A stretch of DNA of 64,000 bases from Bryobacterales bacterium. GTDB taxonomy: Bacteria > Acidobacteriota > Terriglobia > Bryobacterales > UBA6623. The DNA lies in NCBI GenBank assembly GCA_965222095.1, contig CBDCTD010000001.1, positions 471,390 through 535,389 of the forward strand. The letters are read 5' to 3'. Of the stretch, positions 27,973-36,503 are shown one piece after another. The notes under the pieces are model-generated. The model was not told the origin of the DNA, searched no databases, and saw only the letters and a program-made list of their open reading frames with translations. Positions within the stretch are counted from its first letter, which is position 1, and each line of letters begins with the position of its first letter. The position numbers and the translations under genes were made by a program.

Positions 27973-29030
27973 GGGTCCGGGAAACCGCGGAGGGCCAATC
28001 CTATGGCGAGTGTCATCTCGTCCTTGTGCTCAACTACTAGCTTACCGGCGTCGCTGCTCGGGGAATAAGAGATATTCCGCATCGGATCGAGCTGGTGCAC
28101 TGAAAGGCCCATTCGTGCTCGAACGGCTTCTTCGAGCCAGTTGCTACCAGCCGCGCCGCCGGAAAGATAGATGGCTTGCAGGGGACTGGGAGCGGCAATC
28201 TTCGTAAGTTTCTCCCAGAACCTGTCTGCGTGGGCAATAACGCGCTCGGACAAGCTACTCGGTTCAATGGTCATCTGACGCTGGGCGATGGAAACGTGCC
28301 GGGCAAACCGAAGTGTCCGTCCAAGCATCAGGCAGACGATCATGTGCGAGGCGCCGACGTGCAGCAGAACGCAGGGTGAGTTGGGGTCTGGCTCGTGGCC
28401 GTGCGCGAAAGCGTTGGCCAAAGCACAAGCTTGGACGTCGACCAGAGCAGGGTTTTTACCGGCCAGCACCACAGTCTCGCGTAGCCATTGCACTTGCTCC
28501 GCCGCAGCACCGACCCAGAAGACCTCCGATGGAGCGCTGTCCGGATCGGCTCCCATGGGCTGATAGTCGAGCAGCGCGTTTTCGACAGGGTAGGGAAGGG
28601 CCTTTGCAGCGGCCCTCCGGACCATCTCGTCGAGCCCCAAACCATCTTTGTCAGACACGGAATCACATTGGCAATAGCTTTTGTCGCCTCCGACCGCAAC
28701 TGCGACCTGGCGCGCCCGGATCCGGAACGCTGTGAGGAGGCGTTGAATGTGCGAGGCGACCTCAATTCCACCGGTTAGGGTTCCGTTTGTAACAGCTTCG
28801 GGGGGCGTGGGAACGATGCCCGCCTCCTTGAGTGTGATTTGCCCGTAGGGGCGATGGAGCAACACTGCCTTGATCGTAGCCGAGCCGATGTCCAGTCCCA
28901 ATAGGGCGGGTTTCCACCGGGTGGCTCTCGCGAGGAGCGGTAGCGTCGAGCCTTCCGTCGTAGGTTGGGTCGCCGGAAACTGTGATGAGGATTCCTCGGC
29001 GCCGGTCGTCTTGTTCTTTGATTCCAACAT
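27969..29030 (-). CDS. pilM: type IV pilus assembly protein PilM (actin-like ATPase)
   Basis: LLGLDIGSATIKAVLL... and ...IYLSGGAAGSNWLEEAV... fit PilM/FtsA-like actin-fold motifs. Confidence 0.75.
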   Translation of the reverse strand: MLESKNKTTGAEESSSQFPATQPTTEGSTLPLLARATRWKPALLGLDIGSATIKAVLLHRPYGQITLKEAGIVPTPPEAVTNGTLTGGIEVASHIQRLLTAFRIRARQVAVAVGGDKSYCQCDSVSDKDGLGLDEMVRRAAAKALPYPVENALLDYQPMGADPDSAPSEVFWVGAAAEQVQWLRETVVLAGKNPALVDVQACALANAFAHGHEPDPNSPCVLLHVGASHMIVCLMLGRTLRFARHVSIAQRQMTIEPSSLSERVIAHADRFWEKLTKIAAPSPLQAIYLSGGAAGSNWLEEAVRARMGLSVHQLDPMRNISYSPSSDAGKLVVEHKDEMTLAIGLALRGFPDP

Positions 29031-29095
29031 GAAGCTTCTGGGTGGCTTGGCTTGATTCCTCGAGGGCCGCTTGGCCGAGTCAAACTTGAGTGTCG

Positions 29096-29827
29096 CTACC
29101 TCAAGAACTGAGCGAGGTCCTGAGCTAGCAACTGAGCCCGGTCTGCCAGACTCTTGGCGATCGCAGGGTCTCGTTTACGGGCGGCTTCTGCTTGGCTAAC
29201 GAAACCACGAATTCGTCGTATAGTGTTGGTCTGGTCGGGCGTTAGGTTTTGATCGACAATGCGAGCGAGAGTTTGCCGCACACTTTGGATGCTCTGCTCG
29301 ATAGCGCGGTCGTAGGCTCGCCGTTGGTCGGCCGACAGGATCTTTCCGAGCTGCGGAAATGCGCGGGGAGGCTTGCTGCCCGATGAAGCCGCGGCCCCGT
29401 CAGTCGGCATTGGTTCGGTGACGTCCCCCGCTTCCGTGGATAAACTGGGATCTTGTCGTCTTGGATCATCGGCCAGCGCCAGAGGATCCCCTTGTCGAGG
29501 CATTGCCCCAGCGGGGATCTCCTGCGGAGGCGCCAGCTGATCTTGTGTCTGAGGCTCCGACACTGGTTCCGCCGGTACCGGCGGAGCCTCCGCTACTGTG
29601 GGTCCCGGTGGGAGTGGTGAAGCAGGCAGCTTCCCGACGTCAGCCTTCTTTTGGCAGGATGCTCCCAGAATCAACAGGACAGAAATGAGAAACGGAAGCG
29701 CCGGGCGGATTCCCACACGTTGCGGTCGACTGATATTTCGAACAACGATCTCCTCTCTTTTGACCGCTCGGTCGGTGACCCTGGCTGGTCCTAGCCGAAA
29801 GCCGTGGGCTCTTGTTCGAGGACTCAT
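29096..29827 (-). CDS. hypothetical Pro-rich exported/anchored protein
   Basis: One hydrophobic helix (ALPFLISVLLILGASC, possibly a lipobox-like GASC), a Pro-rich middle and a helical C-terminus. No family recognised. Confidence 0.5.
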   Translation of the reverse strand: MSPRTRAHGFRLGPARVTDRAVKREEIVVRNISRPQRVGIRPALPFLISVLLILGASCQKKADVGKLPASPLPPGPTVAEAPPVPAEPVSEPQTQDQLAPPQEIPAGAMPRQGDPLALADDPRRQDPSLSTEAGDVTEPMPTDGAAASSGSKPPRAFPQLGKILSADQRRAYDRAIEQSIQSVRQTLARIVDQNLTPDQTNTIRRIRGFVSQAEAARKRDPAIAKSLADRAQLLAQDLAQFLR

Positions 29828-29853
29828 GATGATCGCGCAGCCTTTTTTTCAAT

Positions 29854-30870
29854 CTACGGAGCGTCAGTAGCAGGTGTGGTGCGGTTGTTAACGCGGCTCG
29901 ATTCCGCCTCCGCGAAACGGTTGGAACCTGAGGGAAGCAACTGACCTTCGGGCTCCTTAGAAGCTGCGAGCCGTAGACGAAATTCCGTCCCTCTGCCGAG
30001 ATCGCTGGTGAAATCGATTGTGCCGCCGTGTAGCTGGACGACCCGAAACGTCATGGCTAGTCCTATGCCGGAGCCGCGCCCTTTGGTAGTGAAATACAGG
30101 TTATAGATCTTGTCGCGTATCTCGTTTGGTATTCCGCCTCCCTCGTCTCTAACGGTCACCAACCACTCCGAACCGCCCCTAAGAACGCCGATTTCCAGCG
30201 GTCCGCCTTCCGGCATAGCGTCAATGCCGTTCACGACAACGTTGAGAATCCCTTGCATGAGGAGATCACGGTCACCCTTGACCGGGGCGTAGTCGACTTC
30301 ATTTCGGATAACGATCTCGACGTTTCGCCGTTTGGCGTCTGGAGCAACGAGGGTGCCGACTTCTTCCACCAGTTTCACCAGATCAAGATGCTGGAAATCA
30401 AGGTCCACGGGACGGGTGAAATCCAAAAAGCTCTTCACGACGCGGTCGAGCCGAGTGATCTCGCGGGCGATGACTTGAATCTCGCCCTGGACCGCTTCCG
30501 AGGAACCATCCAACTTGGACTTCAATACCTCCAAATGCAAAGCGATGGAATTCAGGGGATTCTTGATCTCGTGGGCTGCGCCGCCGGTGAGTCGGCTTAT
30601 GGACGCGAGCCGGTTCGAGATATCCAATTGCGATTCGAGTTCACGTCTGGGATCTGCGTCGCGCAGCGTTACGAGTGTGCCGACTCGTTCGTGGGTGGGA
30701 AACTGCTCGAGAACCTCAACACTGACCAACAGATGCAGGGGGGGATCTCCGTCTCGATCGAGTGTGACCGGAGAGTCTGCCACCGCTCGCCGGAGGTGCA
30801 CGGCGCTCTGAACCAGTGCTCCGAGGTCGGTTGAATCAGGGAACACCTCTTCGATCGGCGCTCCCATCAT
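29854..30870 (-). CDS. sensor histidine kinase, catalytic half (partial PAS, HisKA, HATPase_c)
   Basis: H-box GGAAHEIKNPLNSI, N-box NVVVNGIDAM, G-boxes DEGGGIP and GSGIGLAM. The start overlaps the stop of the upstream ORF (ATGA). Confidence 0.85.
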   Translation of the reverse strand: MMGAPIEEVFPDSTDLGALVQSAVHLRRAVADSPVTLDRDGDPPLHLLVSVEVLEQFPTHERVGTLVTLRDADPRRELESQLDISNRLASISRLTGGAAHEIKNPLNSIALHLEVLKSKLDGSSEAVQGEIQVIAREITRLDRVVKSFLDFTRPVDLDFQHLDLVKLVEEVGTLVAPDAKRRNVEIVIRNEVDYAPVKGDRDLLMQGILNVVVNGIDAMPEGGPLEIGVLRGGSEWLVTVRDEGGGIPNEIRDKIYNLYFTTKGRGSGIGLAMTFRVVQLHGGTIDFTSDLGRGTEFRLRLAASKEPEGQLLPSGSNRFAEAESSRVNNRTTPATDAP

Positions 30871-31757
30871 CTCCCAGCGGCCCCCGAGAATAACAGGACG
30901 GCGTCCTCCATCCTCGCGAGCAACTGGTCGACATTGGCCTGCAATTGCGTGCGGTCGGCCTGGACGTCCCTCATTTGCTCACCGAGCAGGCTGAGCTTGG
31001 ACTCGACAACGGCTACCTCCCTGGCGGGACTTCGTGAGGAGCCGCGGTCTGCCAGGACCTCGCCGCGGCTGATGCGATCGATTAAGTCGCTGATTCTGGC
31101 CAGCGGCCGGGAAGCGATCCTGGAGGCGAGGAAAGCCAGGAGGATCGACAGGAGCAGAGACACAGCGGAGACGACCGCGAGATCCCGCATCTGTGGCATG
31201 ACCTGACTTCGAAGCAGGACCGACGATAAGATCACGCGAACGGTGAACAGCGGTGATTGCTGCTCGAGCATGCCGAGATTCCGCGTCACTTCATAGTCTT
31301 GATTGCTGGCCAAGACTTCCTCGAGTTTGACCCACAAAGGCTTTCCCTCGAAGTCTTCGAAACGGGGCAGGGGATCGATCTTCTGGCCCCCTTTGGACGG
31401 AAAAGAACCGACCAAGACGCGATCGTTCTTCCCGCTGACGACGGCTTCGACAATAACAGGGGAACTGCCGACGAGTTTTTGAAGCAACGTAGACAACCCG
31501 GCGTCCTGTTCGACGATCTCCGTCCAGATTTGCTCGACTTCTTGGTCGCTTCTCGGGGGAGGCTGCCAGCTAGGAGTCTGCTCGTTGACGATCTGGAGAA
31601 TGAAGCTCTCGACCTGCGTAGCATTCATGTTCGCGAGCTCCAAGGCGTCTCGAAAGCGAGATTCGACCACGCCATGGATGTGGAGCAGGGAAAGAGCCAG
31701 CACAACCGTCACCACCAGGGCGACGATCGATAGCTGAAGACGCGTTCTCAGCGACAT
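30867..31757 (-). CDS. sensor histidine kinase, sensing half (TM, periplasmic domain, TM, HAMP, start of PAS)
   Basis: Two TM helices (LQLSIVALVVTVVLALSLL and AVVSAVSLLLSILLAFLA) and a HAMP-like segment. It ends ...LLARMEDAVLLFSGAAGR-stop, inside what looks like a PAS N-terminus. Confidence 0.75.
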   Translation of the reverse strand: MSLRTRLQLSIVALVVTVVLALSLLHIHGVVESRFRDALELANMNATQVESFILQIVNEQTPSWQPPPRSDQEVEQIWTEIVEQDAGLSTLLQKLVGSSPVIVEAVVSGKNDRVLVGSFPSKGGQKIDPLPRFEDFEGKPLWVKLEEVLASNQDYEVTRNLGMLEQQSPLFTVRVILSSVLLRSQVMPQMRDLAVVSAVSLLLSILLAFLASRIASRPLARISDLIDRISRGEVLADRGSSRSPAREVAVVESKLSLLGEQMRDVQADRTQLQANVDQLLARMEDAVLLFSGAAGR

Positions 31758-31835
31758 GATTGCTTGGTCGTCGAGAAGAGTGTGGAAGCTGCACGGTGAA
31801 AACGAGCGCTACAGCCGCTGCGCCACGCCCGATAG

Positions 31836-33233
31836 TCAGTGTGTCCCATACTCTTTCAACTTGTTGTGCAGGGTTTTGAGGCTAATATCAAGAATCTTGG
31901 CAGCGCGGGTCTTGTTGTTGCCTGTGTGCTCGAGGGTCCGCAAGAGCAGTGCCTTTTCGGCTTCCCGCACCTTGGTGCCGACGGGCAGCCGGACCACATT
32001 CGGATCGGCCGTTTCGACGGAGGCAGCCTTTTCACCCGGGGCAGACAGGCTGCCCAGCAAGTGCGAGGGTAGGATCGTGCCTTCGCCCGCCAAGATCACG
32101 GCGCGCTCCAGAACGTTACGAAGTTCGCGGACGTTGCCCGGCCAATGGTAATCTCGGAATCTCTCAATCACATCGGGGTGAAAGTCGACCACCCGGCATT
32201 CGTGCTTCTTGTTGAGACCCTCAACGAGAGCCTCGGCCGTCGGCAACAAATCTTCCATGCGCTCGCGCAACGGAGGCAAGTGGATACGGAAAACGTTGAG
32301 TCGATAGTAAAGATCTTCTCGGATCTGACCTTTGGCGACGGCGTCGTCAACGGGTTTGTTGGTCGCCGCGATGACTCGGGTGTCGACCTCGATTTCTTTA
32401 TCTCCGCCCAGGCGACGCACCCGGGAGTCTTCCAGGACTCTCAGAAGCTTAGCTTGGGTGCCAACCGGCATATCTCCGATTTCGTCGAGCAGGAGCGTGC
32501 CGCCATTCGCCAGCTCGAAACACCCGGCACGACGCTGAACGGCACCTGTGAAAGCCCCTTTTTCATGACCGAACAGTTCGCTTTCCATCAGGGATTCCGG
32601 CAACGCGGCACAGTTGATGGCCACAAAGGGATTGCCCTTGCGGGGGCTGAGGTCATGCGCAGCGCGGGCGACTAGCTCCTTGCCCGTGCCGCTCTCGCCC
32701 GTGACAAGAATGGCAGCCTTGCTGGGTGCGACCTGCCGAATGGTCGAAAAGACTTCCTGCATGGCCGGCGACGGCCCGACCAGTCCTCCAAGCAACCCTC
32801 GATAGCTCAACTGGCGCTGGAGGCGGTCGGTCTCTTCGGTCAGACGTCCTTGGGCAGCGGCGCGGTTGATCAGGACCCTAAGCGCGTTCGCGTCGATTGG
32901 TTTCTCCAGAAACCAAAACGCGCCGAGGTCGCGGACGGTCTTGAGGGCATTCTCGATGCTGCCGAAAGCGGTTAGGACGATGGCGGACGGCCGGGGACCG
33001 TCAACCGCAAGGCGCCGCAGCAACTCGAAACCGTCCATGCGCGGCATGCTGAGGTCGGTCAATATGACGTGAGCACGGAAGGATCCCAGCTTTTCGAGGG
33101 CTTCCTGCCCGTCCGAGGCGGTTTCAACAGCGAAACCCCAGGAAGAGACGAGGGTGGCCAAACCGTTTCGTTGGTCCTGCTCGTCATCCACGATCAGAAC
33201 GCGCGCCGGCGCGGGCGTTTGCGCTTCACCCAT
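31836..33233 (-). CDS. sigma-54-dependent response regulator (NtrC/PilR type)
   Basis: REC domain (VLIVDDEQ...TDLSMPRMDG), AAA+ Walker A GESGTGKE, GAFTGA motif (EKGAFTGA) and a C-terminal Fis-type HTH (NKTRAAKILDISLKTLHNKLKEYG). Confidence 0.9.
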   Translation of the reverse strand: MGEAQTPAPARVLIVDDEQDQRNGLATLVSSWGFAVETASDGQEALEKLGSFRAHVILTDLSMPRMDGFELLRRLAVDGPRPSAIVLTAFGSIENALKTVRDLGAFWFLEKPIDANALRVLINRAAAQGRLTEETDRLQRQLSYRGLLGGLVGPSPAMQEVFSTIRQVAPSKAAILVTGESGTGKELVARAAHDLSPRKGNPFVAINCAALPESLMESELFGHEKGAFTGAVQRRAGCFELANGGTLLLDEIGDMPVGTQAKLLRVLEDSRVRRLGGDKEIEVDTRVIAATNKPVDDAVAKGQIREDLYYRLNVFRIHLPPLRERMEDLLPTAEALVEGLNKKHECRVVDFHPDVIERFRDYHWPGNVRELRNVLERAVILAGEGTILPSHLLGSLSAPGEKAASVETADPNVVRLPVGTKVREAEKALLLRTLEHTGNNKTRAAKILDISLKTLHNKLKEYGTH

Positions 33234-33403
33234 CGCCCTTATTTTACTGGAGTGGGTTGGGGTAATTTCGACACAGTTCGCAGTGAAACCGAGATATAGG
33301 ACTGAATCGAGGCGGCAGGACGCAATTGTGGAGGATTCGACCTAGGACACCTTTTCGTCAGTACCGACGCACACCCTAAGGTCTGCCGCGGTTCGCGCTC
33401 AGC

Positions 33404-36109
33404 TCATTTGCTGATCGGCAGATCGAAAGGGTACTCCAGTCGATCCTGCTCTAGGGCGAAGACGATCTCGAGGGAGTGGGGCTTTCCGTAGACGGTCAGC
33501 TGGCATTTCCATCTGTCCGCTTCGTCTTTGACCGCGGTGAGATTGGGGGCCATCACGCGCAGACGTTTACCGTCAGCATCCCTCGGTACAAACTGAACGA
33601 GGCGGTCCCTTGCCCCCGTCAAATCTAGGTGGATCGAAGACCCGGATATCTCGACCAGCTGGGCCTCCAGTCCACTGGGATGGTTTGCGCTCATACCTAG
33701 TTCAGTAACGTCGAGGGTGACCCGCGCGAGGCGTTTCGGCAAGCGAGCAATGAGCTTCCCTCGCATACCGCTAAGCTCGTCAGGACTGAGTCCATCCGGA
33801 GATTCGCCGGAAAGAGCGTGGTCCGCCCGCAGATGATTCCGCCCGGAGGATCCTGCCAGCGTCGCATACTCGCTCATGTCAACGGGAAAGCTTCGCATCC
33901 CGTCTTCCGTTTCAACGTAAACGGATTCGACCACGATCTCGAGTGCGGACGGGTTGTCTTCCAGCACTTCGGACTGCGGAGCGAGCACGCGTAGGCGATT
34001 GTAAAGTTGGCTTCCCCAGAGACGCCTGAACTGAAGGGTGCAGACTACAAACGGGCCCGCCTTTGCCTCCGGTTTGTTTTCTTCGCAGGGAGCGTCGTAC
34101 GTGGACGACGCAAATTTGGCGGCGAACTGCGCGCCGTCCATGGGCGGCACAGCCGGGGATTCGGAAAGGATCGTGTGGCTAGCAGCCATGTCGAGTGACT
34201 GGAGTGTAAACGGGTAGTCTCGCTCGGCTTCTTCCACGGCGATGATGATTTCCGCCGCTTTGGGTTGACCTTTGAAACTCTTCGTCACTGACTTTCCACG
34301 GCCCAGCAAGCGGGGCGACGCGGAGCTGCCCGCCGATTGCAAGTACTCCCCCTTGCCGTTAAGAGCGCGAACGGCGAGCACACGATCGGCTTGCCCGCTG
34401 AGTTCGTACTTCACGTCATCCGCCCTACCTGGGACCAGTTTCAGTCGCACATCGTCCGTTTCAACGACCTTGCCTTCAAACGGGGCTTCGACGCGCCTGA
34501 CTTCGGTTCGCGTCGGCAGGCGAAGCCGGACGTGGCCTTCCAGACTCTGAACATCTTTGAGGCGAGCGCCTTCCTTCAAACGAACGGTCTTCTTGCCGTG
34601 AACTTCGGGCACTTGAAACCATTTGCCGTCGACATATCTCATGCCGTCGCGGGGCGCCAGCTCGGCACCTAAATGATTGCGGTCTTTCCCGCAGGTTTCT
34701 TCCCGCATCAGGTTCGCGCCTTCCGCTCCTTGAATCTGTGTAACAACGAGTTGGGATCGCGGCTGTCCCTTAACGTCGTGCATGCTGTCGATGCCCATGT
34801 TCTGGATCTCGCCGCTCGAAGCTTCGATCTCGATTTCCCGGACGCTCGCGTCCGTTTTCCACAAACGCACCGCCCGAATCGAGACGGAGAAGGGGCCCGA
34901 AAACTCGCTTTGCTCGCGGGCGAAGCTCTTCGTTTGGTCAAAATCTGCAAGGTCGTCATGAGATAGGCTGGGAACGAACTTCGTGACCTTTTCCGGCTGC
35001 AGGATCTTCTCTTCTTCTTGCGCCTCATGCTGCTGGGTCGTCTTCAGACCGCTACCGGAAAATGCTAGCCGGATCCCCTCGGCAACGACTTCTCCCAAGT
35101 TTTCCGCGAAGTTGCGGCCCAGCGAGAGGCTCGCCAAGAGGCGGTTGCCGTCGGCTTGGACGGTCAAATGCCCGACAAGTCGCGCTAGTGTGGGGAGATC
35201 TTCGGCAAAGTCTTGCTCAAACTTGCCCTCCCAATCTCGGTACGCCTTCTCCGTGACGCTAGGCCATTCGGGCGTGCTCGCGTGCATCTCGCTAGTGAGG
35301 TTGACACTTGGGGGCAACACGGCGGCCCCCGCAGCCAGATAGAAGCTTTCGACTTGGCCCAGCGCTTCTTGAATTTTCTTGGCACCCGCTTTCGCGAACG
35401 GGTTTTCGATGTCGTCGCTTGCTTCCGGCGGGACGCCGAGCAACGTCAGACTTGCGACTCTATCCTGTCGAAAGGACCTCCACGTACCTAGGTCCTGCGC
35501 GGAGGGCGCCGTCTGACTCAGCCGTGCGACAACCTGCTCGACCACGGACGGGGTACCGAAAACGATGCGATTCTCCGTGAGGTGCAGCGCCGCGGGGCCC
35601 TTGATTTCACAGGTATCTGAGTCTTTCCAGGTGACCAAATAGCCGGGCTCGCCGCTCAGGGTGGTTGGTTCCGAAGAGTACTGCTCCCGGAGAACGCGAG
35701 TGGCGAGGTCTACCGGGAAATCACCCAACATGACAGCCGCGGCGCCCACACCTTCGTTAGTAAGATGGACTGCCGCTATGATGTGATCCAGCGCCTCGTG
35801 TGGGTCGAACCCCTCGCTTCGGAGTGCGTTCCATCCTGAATCGTCTTCGAATGCCGGCGTAAGGAGTGCTCCCAGATCGGGCGGGCCAAGCATGGCTTCC
35901 TGGAGGCTGGCTGCATATTCGACATTGACGTGGGCCAGTCCAAACATCCCTGGCAGGGCGAGAGCGTCTTCCGCTACCGAGACCGTCGGTGGCACTGGGG
36001 GTGGATCGAACTGTTGGGCAAACAGCCAAATGCCCAGGCCGCCTGCAACAACTATCACAGGGACCACCAGCAGGAGTTTTTTCATCGCTATTTTCGATAT
36101 TACGCGCAA
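33404..36109 (-). CDS. large secreted/anchored hypothetical protein (about 900 aa)
   Basis: The likely start is Met 36085 (MKKLLLVVPVIVVAGGLGIWLFA). No recognisable domain. Confidence 0.6.
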   Translation of the reverse strand: MRVISKIAMKKLLLVVPVIVVAGGLGIWLFAQQFDPPPVPPTVSVAEDALALPGMFGLAHVNVEYAASLQEAMLGPPDLGALLTPAFEDDSGWNALRSEGFDPHEALDHIIAAVHLTNEGVGAAAVMLGDFPVDLATRVLREQYSSEPTTLSGEPGYLVTWKDSDTCEIKGPAALHLTENRIVFGTPSVVEQVVARLSQTAPSAQDLGTWRSFRQDRVASLTLLGVPPEASDDIENPFAKAGAKKIQEALGQVESFYLAAGAAVLPPSVNLTSEMHASTPEWPSVTEKAYRDWEGKFEQDFAEDLPTLARLVGHLTVQADGNRLLASLSLGRNFAENLGEVVAEGIRLAFSGSGLKTTQQHEAQEEEKILQPEKVTKFVPSLSHDDLADFDQTKSFAREQSEFSGPFSVSIRAVRLWKTDASVREIEIEASSGEIQNMGIDSMHDVKGQPRSQLVVTQIQGAEGANLMREETCGKDRNHLGAELAPRDGMRYVDGKWFQVPEVHGKKTVRLKEGARLKDVQSLEGHVRLRLPTRTEVRRVEAPFEGKVVETDDVRLKLVPGRADDVKYELSGQADRVLAVRALNGKGEYLQSAGSSASPRLLGRGKSVTKSFKGQPKAAEIIIAVEEAERDYPFTLQSLDMAASHTILSESPAVPPMDGAQFAAKFASSTYDAPCEENKPEAKAGPFVVCTLQFRRLWGSQLYNRLRVLAPQSEVLEDNPSALEIVVESVYVETEDGMRSFPVDMSEYATLAGSSGRNHLRADHALSGESPDGLSPDELSGMRGKLIARLPKRLARVTLDVTELGMSANHPSGLEAQLVEISGSSIHLDLTGARDRLVQFVPRDADGKRLRVMAPNLTAVKDEADRWKCQLTVYGKPHSLEIVFALEQDRLEYPFDLPISK

Positions 36110-36215
36110 GTCAGCCGTCCCGTCTGTCGGGTAAATGGGTTAGTGAGGCGAGAGTTCGATCTTGCCAGGGCGAGCAGAAGGTGGTGGTGGTTCAGACCAG
36201 CGGGATTGCAGGACC

Positions 36216-36410
36216 CTAGGCCGCATTTCTCACCAGGGGTCGGGAGGGGTGGAAGCAAATGCTCGCCATCAGAGATGTAGGGGCGCGATTCATCGCGCCC
36301 GCTTGCGGACGGACTGTACGTTGGGCGGTGTGCGCGAAGTGTTGCCGCGCGCCAAGGCCGCCGGGCCTTTCGCCTCGTCCACCGCGGTCGTGGTGAGAAA
36401 TGCGGGCTAG
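36216..36410. repeat. 195-bp unit bounded by inverted UP-motif cores, with internal REP-like palindrome
   Basis: CTAGGCCGCATTTCTCACCA (36216-36235) is inverted as TGGTGAGAAATGCGGGCTAG (36391-36410). The internal palindrome is GGGCGCGATTCATCGCGCCC (36281-36300). Confidence 0.7.
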
Positions 36411-36503
36411 AGTTTCTTCATTCTCTCTCAGGACCGGCAGGATTGCCGGTCGAACTCGAAACTAGGACCGCCAAGAGTGGCGGTCGCCACTGATTGACCT
36501 TCG

